A stretch of DNA of 63,975 nt, the filler included, from Acidimicrobiia bacterium (GTDB taxonomy: Bacteria > Actinomycetota > Acidimicrobiia > Spongiisociales > CAZKJJ01): NCBI GenBank assembly GCA_046759765.1. It is 3 parts of 3 records of this genome, joined end to end, with 100 filler letters (N's around TTAATTAATTAA, not from the genome) between each part and the next. Parts side by side here need not be neighbours in the genome. Positions count along the whole stretch, not along the records: positions 1 to 22,792 come from JBHICV010000024.1; 2 more parts are not named here. One strand, given 5' to 3'. The first letter of the stretch is position 1, and every line of letters starts with the position of its first letter. Of the stretch, positions 1 to 10,449 are shown piece after piece. The notes below the pieces were generated by a model. That model saw only the letters and a program-made list of their open reading frames with translations. It was not told the origin of the DNA and did not search any database. The position numbers were made by a program, and so were the translations under genes.

Positions 1-82
1 GACCGTTGCGGACCTCGGAGCTTCTCTCGTTCCGAGGCCGATTCGCCGAGTGATCGAGCGCCTCCTGGTCGTCTAAGCCTCC

Positions 83-1126
83 ATGGGATTCCCCGACGGC
101 ACCTCCGACTTCCGTTCCGATACGGTCACCCGACCCACTGCCGAGATGCGCAAGGCCATGGCGTCGGCGGAGGTGGGAGACGACGTATACGGAGAGGATC
201 CGTCCGTCAACGCGTTGGAGGAAGAGGCCGCAGCAGCAGTCGGTAAGGAGGCGGGCCTGTTCGTGCCATCGGGCACCATGAGCAATCAACTGGCCATTGG
301 TGTCCAGACTCAGCCCGGCGACGAGGTGATTTGCGTCGAGACCGCCCACATTCGGAACTTCGAGGTAGGAGCAGGTGGCGCGCTGTGGGGAATCCAGTTC
401 AGGACGACGACGAGCAAGACCGGTGCTATCACGTCGGACGAGATCGCTCCCCTGACCGAGCCCAGGGGGGCTTTTCTTCCCAGGCTCAGCCTGCTGGCCT
501 GGGAGAACACCCACAACTGGTCCGGTGGAACGGTTACCGACCTGGACTTGATGCGCGAGACCTCCTCTCTCGCCAAAGCGGCCGGTTGGTCGGTCCACCT
601 GGACGGCGCGCGGATGTTCAATGCCGCCGTCGCTTCGGGGCATTCACCGGACGCGTACGCGGAAGTTGCTGACACCGTCAACTTCTGCTTCTCGAAGGGC
701 CTCGGTGCCCCTATCGGATCGATTCTGTGCGGCACAGCAGAGCTCGTGTCCGAAGCTCGTGTTCTGCGACGAAGGCTGGGTGGGGGAATGAGGCAAGCAG
801 GCGTCGCCGCGGCGGCAGCCAGCGTGGCGCTCCGCACATGGCAGCGTCTCGGGGACGACCACGACCTGGCAGCCCGGCTGGCAACAGAGCTCACCGACCG
901 GTTTCCCGCGTGCGTCGACCTCTCCCAGGTACAGACGAACATGGTCCTGTTGCAGGAGGAGAGTGCTCCCTTTGCGCTGTTCGACTTGCAGGAGGCGGCT
1001 GAAAAAGAAGGGGTGAGGTTGGCCGCTCCTTCAGGAGGGCGAATCCGGCTCGTCACTCACCGCGACGTCGACTACTCCGACGTGCAGCGGCTGCTGGGGG
1101 TTGTCGACCGCCTGGCGGCACGGTAA
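83..1126 (+). CDS. ltaE: Low-specificity L-threonine aldolase
   Basis: [31 protein letters not shown] and [12 protein letters not shown] (PLP lysine) motifs. Confidence 0.93.
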   Translation: MGFPDGTSDFRSDTVTRPTAEMRKAMASAEVGDDVYGEDPSVNALEEEAAAAVGKEAGLFVPSGTMSNQLAIGVQTQPGDEVICVETAHIRNFEVGAGGALWGIQFRTTTSKTGAITSDEIAPLTEPRGAFLPRLSLLAWENTHNWSGGTVTDLDLMRETSSLAKAAGWSVHLDGARMFNAAVASGHSPDAYAEVADTVNFCFSKGLGAPIGSILCGTAELVSEARVLRRRLGGGMRQAGVAAAAASVALRTWQRLGDDHDLAARLATELTDRFPACVDLSQVQTNMVLLQEESAPFALFDLQEAAEKEGVRLAAPSGGRIRLVTHRDVDYSDVQRLLGVVDRLAAR

Positions 1127-1158
1127 CGGCCACGTAGTCGACTGAAGTCGAACTCCGT

Positions 1159-2106
1159 ATGTACGCCGTCTTGTTTCCAGGGCAGGGGAGCCAATTCGTG
1201 GGCATGGGTGCGGAGCTCTTCGAGGCGCGGGACGATCTTCTCGGATCGACGGCGAACGACGTGCTCGGTTGGTCGCTCAAACAAACATGCCTCGAAGGCC
1301 CCGAGGACGAGCTAACCAGGACGGATCGGGCGCAACCTGCCCTGTACGCAGTGGCCTTCGCCCTTTGGGAAGCCTTGATGGGGGCTGGAGCTCCGCTCCC
1401 CGCGGCGGCGGCAGGCCATTCCCTGGGCGAGTACACAGCTCATGCCGCTTCCGGCACGTTCGATTACTTCACCGGCCTTCGCCTGGTGGCGGCCAGGGGC
1501 GAAGCGATGGCGGCCGCGGCGGAGGCCGAGTCGTCCGGGATGGCAGCCGTGCTCGGCACCACGGTCGAGGCAGCGGAGCGAGCGGCCGCGGAGAGGAGAT
1601 CCGCCGGCGGACAGTTGTGGGTCGCCAACCTGAACGGGGGCGGTCAGGTCGTTATGGCGGGCGGGACCGACGATCTTGCGTGGCTTTCCGAGGAGGCTCG
1701 CGGCTACGGCATTAGACGGGTGGTGCCGCTCAAGGTGGCAGGCGGGTTTCACTCGCCGTTCATGGAGCCTGCCACCCGGGCCTTGGCGGCCGCACTCGAC
1801 GAGGTGGAGTTGCTTCCCCCCGCGTTCCCCGTGTGGGCCAACGTCATGGCACGGCCCGCCGATGACTCGAAGCGGGCGCTCGCCACTCAGGTCACCGCGC
1901 CGGTGCGTTTCGGCGAGACGCTCGAGGGAATGGCAGCAGAGGGCGTTGAGGTCTTCGTCCATGTCGGCCCGGGCGACGTCACGGCGGGCATGGCCAAGCG
2001 TGCCGTTCCCGGCGGCGAGGTACTAGTCGTCAATAGCCTCGCGTCGATCGATGCTGCCGCAGCCAGGCTGGGGCGTACAATGCCCGAGCCCGGAGGAAGG
2101 TCCTAG
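1159..2106 (+). CDS. fabD: Malonyl-CoA:ACP transacylase
   Basis: LFPGQGSQ, GHSLGEY and GGFHSPFM motifs; first gene of the fab cluster. Confidence 0.95.
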   Translation: MYAVLFPGQGSQFVGMGAELFEARDDLLGSTANDVLGWSLKQTCLEGPEDELTRTDRAQPALYAVAFALWEALMGAGAPLPAAAAGHSLGEYTAHAASGTFDYFTGLRLVAARGEAMAAAAEAESSGMAAVLGTTVEAAERAAAERRSAGGQLWVANLNGGGQVVMAGGTDDLAWLSEEARGYGIRRVVPLKVAGGFHSPFMEPATRALAAALDEVELLPPAFPVWANVMARPADDSKRALATQVTAPVRFGETLEGMAAEGVEVFVHVGPGDVTAGMAKRAVPGGEVLVVNSLASIDAAAARLGRTMPEPGGRS

Positions 2107-2108
2107 CG

Positions 2109-3200
2109 TTGCGTTACGCCGAAATCACCGGCTGGGGTAAGTGCTTGCCCCCGGTAGTCCTCACGAACTCCGATCTGGAGAAGATCGTCGATACGTCCGA
2201 CGATTGGATCACAACGCGTTCCGGCATCAAGGAGCGCAGGATCTCCCACGTCGAGACGTCCGACTTGGCAATGGTCGCCGGTCACCGGGCGCTGGCAGCA
2301 GCCGGACGCCGGCCGGAAGACGTCGATCTCATCATCCTCGCCACCTGCAGCGCCGACACGGTAATTCCTTCCGGGGCGTCCTTCGTGCAGCGCAAGCTGG
2401 GCGCGGCGGGCGCGGGTGCCTTCGACCTGAATGCGGCCTGCTCGGGTTGGCTGTACGGGTTAGTGGTGGGCTCGGACATGGTCAAGGGAGGAGTCCACGA
2501 TCGTGTGCTCGTTATCGGGGCCGAGAAGCTCAGCTTCTTCATGAACTTCTCGGACCGCTCCACTGCGGTGCTATTCGGGGATGGTGCCGGGGCGGCGCTC
2601 ATTGAGCCGTCGGAGGAGCGGGTGGGCGTGATGGCGTCCGAGTTGGGGAGCGACGGCGAAGCCGCGGAGTACCTCTGGATCGAAGGCCGCGGGACCACGG
2701 GCTCGGTCCGGCACGAGGACCCCTCCAAGCAGGGAATCACCATGGACGGTCGGGAAGTATTTCGCCGCGCCGTTGCGACGATGGGGGACGCCTCGGTTCG
2801 GGTCGTCACGGAGGCGGGATGGTCGCTCGAGGACGTCGACATGCTCATTCCCCACCAAGCCAACGTCCGCATCATCGATGCCACGACCAGGCGTCTGAAG
2901 CTCGATCCCGCCAAAGCGTTTGTGAACATCGGATCCTATGGCAACACCTCGGCGGCCACCATCCCCATCGCGCTGACGGAAGCTCTGGAGCAGGGACAGA
3001 TCTCGCCCGGGTCCAATCTCGTCTTTGCTGCCTTCGGGGCGGGACTCAGCTGGGCGGCAGTCGCCTACCGGTGGGGCCGGAGAACGGAACCAATCGAAGA
3101 GAGTGACACCGAGCTCCCCTCGACGTCGCGGGACGCCTGGGACCTACTTCAGCCAAACTTTGACTTCTACGGGAGACGGCGAGCAGGCGAAGAGGAATGA
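2109..3200 (+). CDS. fabH: Beta-ketoacyl-ACP synthase III
   Basis: DTSDDWITTRSGIKERR, AACSG, PHQANVRII and GNTSAATIP catalytic triad motifs. Confidence 0.95.
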   Translation: MRYAEITGWGKCLPPVVLTNSDLEKIVDTSDDWITTRSGIKERRISHVETSDLAMVAGHRALAAAGRRPEDVDLIILATCSADTVIPSGASFVQRKLGAAGAGAFDLNAACSGWLYGLVVGSDMVKGGVHDRVLVIGAEKLSFFMNFSDRSTAVLFGDGAGAALIEPSEERVGVMASELGSDGEAAEYLWIEGRGTTGSVRHEDPSKQGITMDGREVFRRAVATMGDASVRVVTEAGWSLEDVDMLIPHQANVRIIDATTRRLKLDPAKAFVNIGSYGNTSAATIPIALTEALEQGQISPGSNLVFAAFGAGLSWAAVAYRWGRRTEPIEESDTELPSTSRDAWDLLQPNFDFYGRRRAGEEE

Positions 3201-3934
3201 CCAGTCGGGTCAGTCTGGTTACGGGAGCCTCCCGCGGGATTGGTCGAGCTATCGCACTCCGGCTTTCCGAAGCCGGTCACCCTGTTGCGATCAACTACGT
3301 TCGTAACGCCGAGGCGGCGCTCGAGGTCAAGGAGCAGATCACGGCTGCGGGCCGCGAGGCAGTAACTGTTGCCGGGGATGTCTCCGATGAGAAGGAAGTG
3401 CTCTCGGTGTTCGAGGAGGTTCAGACGCAGCTCGGGGATCCCCTGATCCTCGTGAACAACGCTGGTATCACCTCAGACGCGTTGGTCGTCAGAATGAGAA
3501 CCGAGGCCTGGGACGAGGTACTGGCTACGAATCTTCGGTCCGCGTTCCTGTGTACCAGAGCCGCAATGCGAGGAATGCTGAGAGCACGCTTCGGAAGGAT
3601 CATCTCGATCAGCTCGGTAGCAGGCCTGGTTGGCAACGCGGGTCAGGCGAACTACGCCGCCTCGAAGGCGGGGCTGGTCGGCTTGATGAAGTCGGTGGCC
3701 AAAGAGGTGGGGTCGCGAGGTATTACGGCCAACGTGGTCGCTCCCGGATTCATAACTACCGACTTGACACAGGACCTCTCCGAGGAGCTGGGCACCGCCG
3801 CCATTCGGCAGATTTCAGCCGGAAGGTACGGGACACCGGACGAAGTGGCCTCTGCGGTGGGCTATCTTGCCTCCGACGAAGCAGCGTATATCACGGGGCA
3901 GGTCTTACAGGTGGATGGGGGCCTCGCCCTCTAA
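3197..3934 (+). CDS. fabG: 3-oxoacyl-ACP reductase
   Basis: TGASRGIG, NNAGIT and GQANYAASKAG; ATGA overlap with fabH. Confidence 0.95.
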   Translation: MTSRVSLVTGASRGIGRAIALRLSEAGHPVAINYVRNAEAALEVKEQITAAGREAVTVAGDVSDEKEVLSVFEEVQTQLGDPLILVNNAGITSDALVVRMRTEAWDEVLATNLRSAFLCTRAAMRGMLRARFGRIISISSVAGLVGNAGQANYAASKAGLVGLMKSVAKEVGSRGITANVVAPGFITTDLTQDLSEELGTAAIRQISAGRYGTPDEVASAVGYLASDEAAYITGQVLQVDGGLAL

Positions 3935-3950
3935 CGAGATGGGAGGAAAG

Positions 3951-4196
3951 ATGGATCGGTCTGAAGCCGAGACGAGATTGAAGACGCTCCTCGTTAACGA
4001 GCTGGGCCTCGAAGAGGACAAGATCACCCCGGAGGCGACTTTCGAGGAGGACCTCGAGGTCGACTCGCTCGGAGTGGTGGAGCTCCTGATGGCCCTCGAA
4101 GACGAGTTCGGCGTCACGATCCCGGACGAAGAGGCCGAGGACATCACGACCGTCTCGGAGGCCGTCGACGTGGTGATGGCAAAGATGGAGGGCTAG
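3951..4196 (+). CDS. acpP: Acyl carrier protein
   Basis: DLEVDSLGVVELLMALEDEFG phosphopantetheine motif; start moved to ATG 3951 after a GGAGG RBS. Confidence 0.95.
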   Translation: MDRSEAETRLKTLLVNELGLEEDKITPEATFEEDLEVDSLGVVELLMALEDEFGVTIPDEEAEDITTVSEAVDVVMAKMEG

Positions 4197-4203
4197 AAGG
4201 ACA

Positions 4204-5451
4204 GTGGACACGCGGCGCGTCGTCGTCACCGGAGTAGGAGCGATCACACCGATCGGCTCGGACGTCGACGCCTTTTGGAAGAACGCTCTCGCAGGTGAGT
4301 CGGGAATTTCACGAGTAACCCGGTTCGACATCAGCGAATACCCCAGCCAGATCGCAGGCGAGGTGGACGACTTCGACCCCGAGATGTATCTGGAACGCAA
4401 AGAGGCGCGAAGGCTTGACCGGTTCACACAGCTCTTCGTGGGCGCAGCCCAGCAGGCGATGTCGGATTCAGGCCTCGACTACCGCGACGACCCGGAGGCC
4501 GGAAGTCGCGCCGGTGTGGTGACCGGCGTCGGAATCGGTGGGATTCTCTCCATCCACGACAGCATGGAGACCCTCGCCGAGCGCGGTCCGCGGCGGGTCA
4601 GTCCACTCGTCATACCCCAGATCATCCCGAACGCGGCTGCGGGTGAAGTGTCGATACTCCACAACCTGCTCGGCCCCGTCACCTGTGTTGTGACTGCCTG
4701 CGCCGCTTCTGCGAATGCCATTGGCGACGGCGCTGAGCTCATCCGGAGAAATCAGGCCGACGTGGTGTTGACCGGCGGAGCCGAGGCGCCCATAGTCCCG
4801 TTGGCAATGGCCGGCTTCTCCCAAGCCCGGGCCGTGAGCAGGCGCAACGACGAGCCGGAGCGTGCCTGCCGGCCGTTTGACGCCGACCGGGATGGCTTTG
4901 TCATGGCCGAGGGAGCGGCGGCTCTCGTTCTGGAGGAACGTGACCACGCGGTGTCGCGCGGTGCGAAGATCTACGCCGAGGTCATCGGGTATGGCATGTC
5001 GGCTGACGCCTACCACATAACGCTTCCGAAGCCCGGCGGCACCGGAGCCGCGCAAGCGATGTGGGCCGCGATCTCCGACGCCGGAATCGCAGCGTCCGAG
5101 ATCGACTACATCAACGCCCACGGGACCTCCACCCAGGCCAATGACTCCACCGAGACGATGGCCATCAAACTCGTGTTTGGCGAAGCTGAGGCGCATGACG
5201 TGGCGATCTCGTCCACCAAGTCAATGACCGGCCATCTGCTCGGTGGGGCGGGCGCCATCGAAGCGATCGCCTCCATTCTCGCGATCCGCGACGGGATCGT
5301 GCCGCCGACGATCAACTACGAGACGCCTGATCCCTCCTGTGACCTCGACTACGTTCCCAACGTGGCGCGCTCACTCCCGGTCTCTGTCGCGATGAGCAAC
5401 AGCTTCGGTTTCGGCGGTCACAACGTGGCGTTGATCTTCAAAGCGCCTTAA
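4204..5451 (+). CDS. fabF: Beta-ketoacyl-ACP synthase II
   Basis: RRVVVTGVG, TACAAS, YINAHGTST, STKSMTGHLLG and SNSFGFGGHN motifs. Confidence 0.96.
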   Translation: MDTRRVVVTGVGAITPIGSDVDAFWKNALAGESGISRVTRFDISEYPSQIAGEVDDFDPEMYLERKEARRLDRFTQLFVGAAQQAMSDSGLDYRDDPEAGSRAGVVTGVGIGGILSIHDSMETLAERGPRRVSPLVIPQIIPNAAAGEVSILHNLLGPVTCVVTACAASANAIGDGAELIRRNQADVVLTGGAEAPIVPLAMAGFSQARAVSRRNDEPERACRPFDADRDGFVMAEGAAALVLEERDHAVSRGAKIYAEVIGYGMSADAYHITLPKPGGTGAAQAMWAAISDAGIAASEIDYINAHGTSTQANDSTETMAIKLVFGEAEAHDVAISSTKSMTGHLLGGAGAIEAIASILAIRDGIVPPTINYETPDPSCDLDYVPNVARSLPVSVAMSNSFGFGGHNVALIFKAP

Positions 5452-5685
5452 CTAGTCGTCGCCCGGTCCCGGTCGCTTCCACTCGTCCAACGACCTGATC
5501 GCCAGGACGACTACGACGGCAACACCCGCGGCCGCCCCCAGCCCGGAGAGGAGAGCCACTGTTACCTGCCAGCCGAGGCAGCCTTCCGGCAGACAACCGA
5601 GTCGAGTAACCACCCAGCCGACGATGGCTCCGGCAACGAGCCCAAAAAGGACAGGTATCCAGACCCAAGGGTTGGGACGGCTCAC
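5452..5685 (-). CDS. Small two-TM hypothetical membrane protein (MSRPNPWVWIPVLFG...)
   Basis: Two hydrophobic segments in the 3' part of ORF 5452..6234; GTG 5685 overlaps the upstream stop codon (GTGA). Confidence 0.7.
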   Translation of the reverse strand: MSRPNPWVWIPVLFGLVAGAIVGWVVTRLGCLPEGCLGWQVTVALLSGLGAAAGVAVVVVLAIRSLDEWKRPGPGDD

Positions 5686-6410
5686 GACCTTGAACGGCGA
5701 ACGTCTTCGGGCAGGCGTGTGATCGGAATGGGCACCACGGTTCCGGTCACCGCCTCCGGGGGCGCAACGGCCCGGCGCGCATCCCTGGTCCAGGCCAGAC
5801 CCATCGCCCCGGCTGAGTATGCCGACGCCGCCGCCGCGACCAGTAGCGGAGACGCCAGCACCGCCACCAGTGTGGCCGGCAGAAGGCCGAACCGCAGGAA
5901 CATCAGCGCTGGCCGCAGTGCTCGCCCGTACGTCCAGGCCAGGAGAAAGCAGGCGACCGCGAGAGCCCAGAGACCTGGGCTTAGGCCCTGGTAAGACGCG
6001 AGCGCGATCCAGCCCGGCTCTATGAGGAGCGCCAGCGCCAGGACGACCGCCGCAGCTGGCGGAGCGGTGCTTCGGGGGAGGGAACCTATGTACGTCCCGA
6101 GCCACGGACCGACGAGCGACAGGAGTGCGATGCCGCTCAGGACCGTCGCCGACCCGGTTGCCCATCCGAGTCCGAGGGCGAACAGCCCCGCGACCGGCGC
6201 AGTCACGACACCGATGGCCAGCCGCCTCGCCCAAACGCTGCGCGGTATCACAATCCCCGCCACGGATACGGTGGCTACTGCCAGGAGATCAAGGGCTAGC
6301 AAGGTGGCCGCGCCCCGGTCCATGGGAGATGGAGCGAAGGTGAACAGTAGGGACCAGTAGGTGGCCGATGCCATCACGAGGATGCCGGTGACCAGAGGAG
6401 CCCTGCTCAT
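5682..6410 (-). CDS. Multi-pass hypothetical membrane protein
   Basis: Repeated hydrophobic helices; CATAAT lies 6 nt before ATG 6410. Confidence 0.75.
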   Translation of the reverse strand: MSRAPLVTGILVMASATYWSLLFTFAPSPMDRGAATLLALDLLAVATVSVAGIVIPRSVWARRLAIGVVTAPVAGLFALGLGWATGSATVLSGIALLSLVGPWLGTYIGSLPRSTAPPAAAVVLALALLIEPGWIALASYQGLSPGLWALAVACFLLAWTYGRALRPALMFLRFGLLPATLVAVLASPLLVAAAASAYSAGAMGLAWTRDARRAVAPPEAVTGTVVPIPITRLPEDVRRSRS

Positions 6411-6461
6411 ATGAGCATTATGGCCTTCGAAGCGACGACGGCCGTCCGGTAGGTTGCGCCT

Positions 6462-6989
6462 GTGGATCACGTCCACGCTTGGCCCGGCGAATACCGCTTC
6501 TGCCCTCTGTGTGCCACGCCGCTGGAGCCCGTGCCCCGCGGCGGGCGCGTGCGTATGTCATGCCCCTCGTGCGGATTCGTTCACTGGCGGAACCCCGCCG
6601 TGGGAGCCGCCGTCGTGATTCGTGATGAACAGGGAAGGATTCTCCTAGTGAGACGAGGCCCGAAGGCCACCCAGCCGGGCAAGTGGGCGATACCAGCTGG
6701 ATTCGTTGACTACGGCGAAGAGGTCAGGGCTGCGGCAGCCAGGGAGCTCGAGGAGGAGACGGGCCTCCGGGCCGACATCGGCGATCCGGTGTACGTGGCT
6801 TCGAACTTCCACGATCCAGAGAAGCTGACCGTTGGCATATGGTTCGAGGGCGCTGTACGAGGAGGCAGGCTCGCTCCCGGGGACGACGCGGACGAAGCCG
6901 CGTTCTTCCCACTCGACGAGCTGCCCTCTCTTGCTTTCGAAACAGACGCCGATCTGCTCAGTCGCCTGGGGAGCGCCGAGATCGGATGA
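6462..6989 (+). CDS. NUDIX hydrolase with N-terminal zinc ribbon
   Basis: FCPLCA...CPSCG ribbon and Nudix box GFVDYGEEVRAAAARELEEETG. Confidence 0.9.
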   Translation: MDHVHAWPGEYRFCPLCATPLEPVPRGGRVRMSCPSCGFVHWRNPAVGAAVVIRDEQGRILLVRRGPKATQPGKWAIPAGFVDYGEEVRAAAARELEEETGLRADIGDPVYVASNFHDPEKLTVGIWFEGAVRGGRLAPGDDADEAAFFPLDELPSLAFETDADLLSRLGSAEIG

Positions 6990-7145
6990 TCCTGACCGCG
7001 AGTGTGGTCTGCTGGGCCGCAGGGTAAGCAACCAGAAACGCCTTGGGCCGGGCCTCGATATTCCCCGCCTGAGGACTGCAGCGACGCGCCGACCCTCAAC
7101 GGGTGTCGCTCACCCCGCTCGGGTACGTATAATCTCCGCTAGACG

Positions 7146-7457
7146 ATGCCACTGGACGATCGAGAACAGAACATCCTCGACGAGATCGAGCGGCAGTTCT
7201 ATCGGGAGGACCCAGATCTGGTTGAGGCCGTCAAGAGGATTCCTCTCGCGGGCTCGAGGCGACGCCTGCGTCTGTCGGCGGTCGGTCTGGTGGTTGGCGT
7301 AATCCTGGTGCTCGTCACTTTCTCCGTCAATGTATGGCTCGCGCTCGGAGGATTCATTCTCATGGTTCTGTCCGCGACGGGGCTGATTCACGCCTACCGG
7401 GGACGGGTGCGAGACTCCGGAGAAGAACCGCGCCGCCGCTTCAAGTTCCGTCGCTAG
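7146..7457 (+). CDS. DUF3040-family membrane protein
   Basis: MPLDDREQNILDEIERQFYREDPDL followed by two TM helices; usual neighbour of the transglutaminase/MoxR operon. Confidence 0.85.
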   Translation: MPLDDREQNILDEIERQFYREDPDLVEAVKRIPLAGSRRRLRLSAVGLVVGVILVLVTFSVNVWLALGGFILMVLSATGLIHAYRGRVRDSGEEPRRRFKFRR

Positions 7458-7612
7458 CTTCGCCGACGCACCTCTGCGACTGCCGCTAAGGTACCGACCC
7501 CCGGCGGGATCAGGTTGAGGCCACTTCGAGCCCCGCCGTGGGGAGAGGCGGAAAGAGCGGGCGGTGGCACTTCCCTCGCTGTGCCGTCCGGCTGCGAGGT
7601 TTGGGGGAATAC

Positions 7613-8110
7613 GTGCAGGAGGCCTTCACCGCACAGCAAGCATCCAAGCTGACGGGGTGCACCGCGCACCAGCTCCGGTATTGGGATCGGGTTGCGCTGG
7701 TCGAGCCGACCATTCAAAGCACAGGCGGCCGTCCAGGGGTCAGACGGCTTTACAGTTTTCGCGATCTCGTGGCTCTTCGGGTCGTGCGCGGGCTTCTCGA
7801 CAACGGCATGTCTGTGCAGCGTGTGAGGCGAGCCTGGGACTATCTGCGCCGCAACGGCGCCATGGAGAGTCATCTTGCGGAGGTGAAGCTGGTCACCGAT
7901 GGTCAGAGCATCTTCCGCATAGCCGCCGACGACGACGAGCTGCTTGATGCGCTCCGCGATGGCCAGCTGGCTTTCTTCGTGGCTATTGACAGCATCGCCA
8001 GGAACGTAGAAGAGGATGTGACTCGCTTCGAGCTCGACCGGGAACGCTTTCTCGAGATCCTCCTTCGCAGCGAAGAAGACGTCCAGACCGAGATCGCCGA
8101 GTCCGGCTAG
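7613..8110 (+). CDS. MerR-family transcriptional regulator
   Basis: TGCTAHQLRYWDRVALVEP...RRLYSFRDLVALRVVRGLLDNGMS winged HTH; GTG 7613 is the likely start. Confidence 0.88.
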   Translation: MQEAFTAQQASKLTGCTAHQLRYWDRVALVEPTIQSTGGRPGVRRLYSFRDLVALRVVRGLLDNGMSVQRVRRAWDYLRRNGAMESHLAEVKLVTDGQSIFRIAADDDELLDALRDGQLAFFVAIDSIARNVEEDVTRFELDRERFLEILLRSEEDVQTEIAESG

Positions 8111-8118
8111 GTACGGAG

Positions 8119-10449
8119 CTACCCCCTGAGCGATCCCGGCCTGATCCACGACCAGGCTCTGCGTGACCAGGGATGCTCTCCGCGCAAATGAGACTCGATC
8201 GCAACGAAGGATCGCGTGGCTACGTCAATGCTCGCAGGCGACGGAGGGCGCGGGGGACCGTACGTGGTCCGGCCGTACTCATGGGCCAAGGGTCCAAGTG
8301 AGCTGTCGGTGCTTCTTGCCACCTCCAGCGGCGTCTGATGCGAGGACACAGGCGATCCGAGATCCCGAAGCCGGTCGGTGATCTCCGCCCACGCCGCGCC
8401 GATGTCCCCTTGGTGTAATCGCTCGAGTCGTCGCCTCCGGCGGACCCACTTGATCGAGGGAGTGATCGCCGTCAGCACAGCCACCGATGTCAACACCCAC
8501 AACCAGCCCGGTACGGAAATCCCAGTTCCGGGAATGACGATCGGCGGGATGGGCGGGAGCTGCTCGAGTATGGGCTGCGCTCTGGTGTCGCGCAGTGAAC
8601 CCTCGATTCCGTCATCGAGGGGCACCTCCTCGAGCGGCGGAGGTATATACGCGAGGGGATCGAAGCCGATCTGGGAGCCCATTGCGGTGGCCGCGTTTTG
8701 GCCATCAGATCGAGGCGTCGGATCGAAGGGCACCCAGCCGTGGCCGTCGACCCACAGCTCGACCCACGCGTGTCCGTGTTTCTCGCGCACGATCACCACA
8801 TCACCCGCGACGTCCCCCGGTGTGAATCCGAAAATCACGCGACTAGGGATGCCAATCGATCGAGCCATCACGGCCATGGCGGTGGCGAACTGCTCGCACC
8901 AACCCACCCGGTAGTTCTCGCTGAGGGGATCGAAGAGCCACTCGGCGAGGTCTTGGGCGCCGTGGCCCTCGGTGACCGTGCTGTACGTGAAACCGCCGGT
9001 GTTACGGAAGTATTTCTCCAGGAACAAGCCCCGCTCGAAGTTGGTCGATCCCCCCTCCGTGATCCCGGCCGCTTCCTGCGGAATAGCGGCGTGGAGGCCG
9101 TCGGGTAGCTCTAGGAACCGGTCGATGTCATCCGGGCGAGCGATTCTCGGGCCCGGGTTGGGGACCAGATCGGTTGCACCCGCGGCGCTGGCCTCCCGAA
9201 AGACGGGAGAAAGCCCCTGACCAAGCGTGGCGAGACCGGAGATGTCTGGAACGGCGACATCGGAGACCACGTCGTAAGAGTTGCCCCTACGAGTTCTCGC
9301 CTGTATCCAGAGAGACGCATCCTCGCGCACGCGGAGAGTGCGATCGATCAGCGAGTTGGTTGTCTCGAGCGCCAAAGGCTCTGCCAGGGCGGGCAGGATC
9401 GTCATATGCAACGCGGCGATTTCGATTCGCTGTAACACCCGGGTGCGATTGCCTGCCTGGACGTGCTGAGTGTCGCCCCAAGGCTCACCGACCTCCGGTC
9501 TCCGACCTGCTTGTGTCCCCGGGAAGAAGTGTTGCCCGTCGTAAGTATCGAAGGTCGTCATACGGAAGTAGAGGCGGGACGGGTCAACATCACCTGTGAT
9601 TTGAGCTCGAAACACCTCAGTGTCCGAGTCGGCCACCAGCTTGTCCTGGAGTATCCCCGCGAAGATGTTGAAGGAGACACCGGCGGCTATTCCTCCTCCA
9701 CCGAGGCCGCCGCGACGCCATCCGATTACGCCGGCCTCGTCCACCCATCCGGACAGCGCTCCCATTGCCACCACCGCCGCGATCGTCGGTATAGCAACGA
9801 ACAGCGCAGGGAGCTTGGCCGTCATCGCGGGAAGTTGGGTCACTTCGACCGCGCGTCGGAGCCTTCCTCCTTGGCGACGCTCATCGAAGGCGACTGCCAA
9901 GAAGGACGCCGCTACGAGGACCATGACGGCGAGCACCCAGATACGCCCTGGGTCAAGCCGATCGATTGTCGCGAGCTGGAGATAGAAAAGCAGCGGCGGA
10001 ACGAGGGCAACCGCTGGCCTCCGCATGGCAAGACCCCAGGAGAGGACAACCCCGAGCAGCCAGAACAGCGCAGCCAAGATCACCAGAAGGCCGGCGAGCG
10101 GCTCGACGGGGGGAGAGCCAAACCGGATCGTATCTATGGCCAGCGAAAGCTCCTCCTGGAGCACCTCGAAGGTGGTCCAGGTCGGGAACACGCCGAGCAC
10201 TGATTCATCGGGTGCGCCGATGCGGACGGCCGCCAAAGAGAAGAAGAGGAGGTTGGCGCCGACGATTCCCGCGGCTCCGATCCGATATGAGAGCGCGATC
10301 CAGGTTATGAGCGCGCCGAGCATCGCGGCGGCCAGAAGAGCAAACGTCCAGGGAAGACCGGTCTCGGCGTCGGCGACTAGCCGATCGAGCCGCAGCAGCG
10401 CAAGCCCGATCGCGGCGGCTCCGGCTAGGAAGGCGAAGCGGTAACCCAC
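8119..10449 (-). CDS. Membrane transglutaminase-like protein (TgpA type)
   Basis: N-terminal TM bundle; GWCEQFATAMAVMARSIGIPSR, HAWVELW and WVPFDPTP (Cys-His-Asp triad). Confidence 0.92.
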   Translation of the reverse strand: MGYRFAFLAGAAAIGLALLRLDRLVADAETGLPWTFALLAAAMLGALITWIALSYRIGAAGIVGANLLFFSLAAVRIGAPDESVLGVFPTWTTFEVLQEELSLAIDTIRFGSPPVEPLAGLLVILAALFWLLGVVLSWGLAMRRPAVALVPPLLFYLQLATIDRLDPGRIWVLAVMVLVAASFLAVAFDERRQGGRLRRAVEVTQLPAMTAKLPALFVAIPTIAAVVAMGALSGWVDEAGVIGWRRGGLGGGGIAAGVSFNIFAGILQDKLVADSDTEVFRAQITGDVDPSRLYFRMTTFDTYDGQHFFPGTQAGRRPEVGEPWGDTQHVQAGNRTRVLQRIEIAALHMTILPALAEPLALETTNSLIDRTLRVREDASLWIQARTRRGNSYDVVSDVAVPDISGLATLGQGLSPVFREASAAGATDLVPNPGPRIARPDDIDRFLELPDGLHAAIPQEAAGITEGGSTNFERGLFLEKYFRNTGGFTYSTVTEGHGAQDLAEWLFDPLSENYRVGWCEQFATAMAVMARSIGIPSRVIFGFTPGDVAGDVVIVREKHGHAWVELWVDGHGWVPFDPTPRSDGQNAATAMGSQIGFDPLAYIPPPLEEVPLDDGIEGSLRDTRAQPILEQLPPIPPIVIPGTGISVPGWLWVLTSVAVLTAITPSIKWVRRRRRLERLHQGDIGAAWAEITDRLRDLGSPVSSHQTPLEVARSTDSSLGPLAHEYGRTTYGPPRPPSPASIDVATRSFVAIESHLRGEHPWSRRAWSWIRPGSLRG

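Noticed and set aside
6990..7145. Structured RNA between the NUDIX and DUF3040 genes
   Set aside because: Only short GC-rich pairings expected by chance; TATAAT at 7128-7133 explains part of it as a promoter.
7441..7469. TCAA-N17-GCCGACGC as a sigma28 promoter for the MerR gene
   Set aside because: The spacer is too long and the -10 is weak, so it was left out of the proposed regulon.
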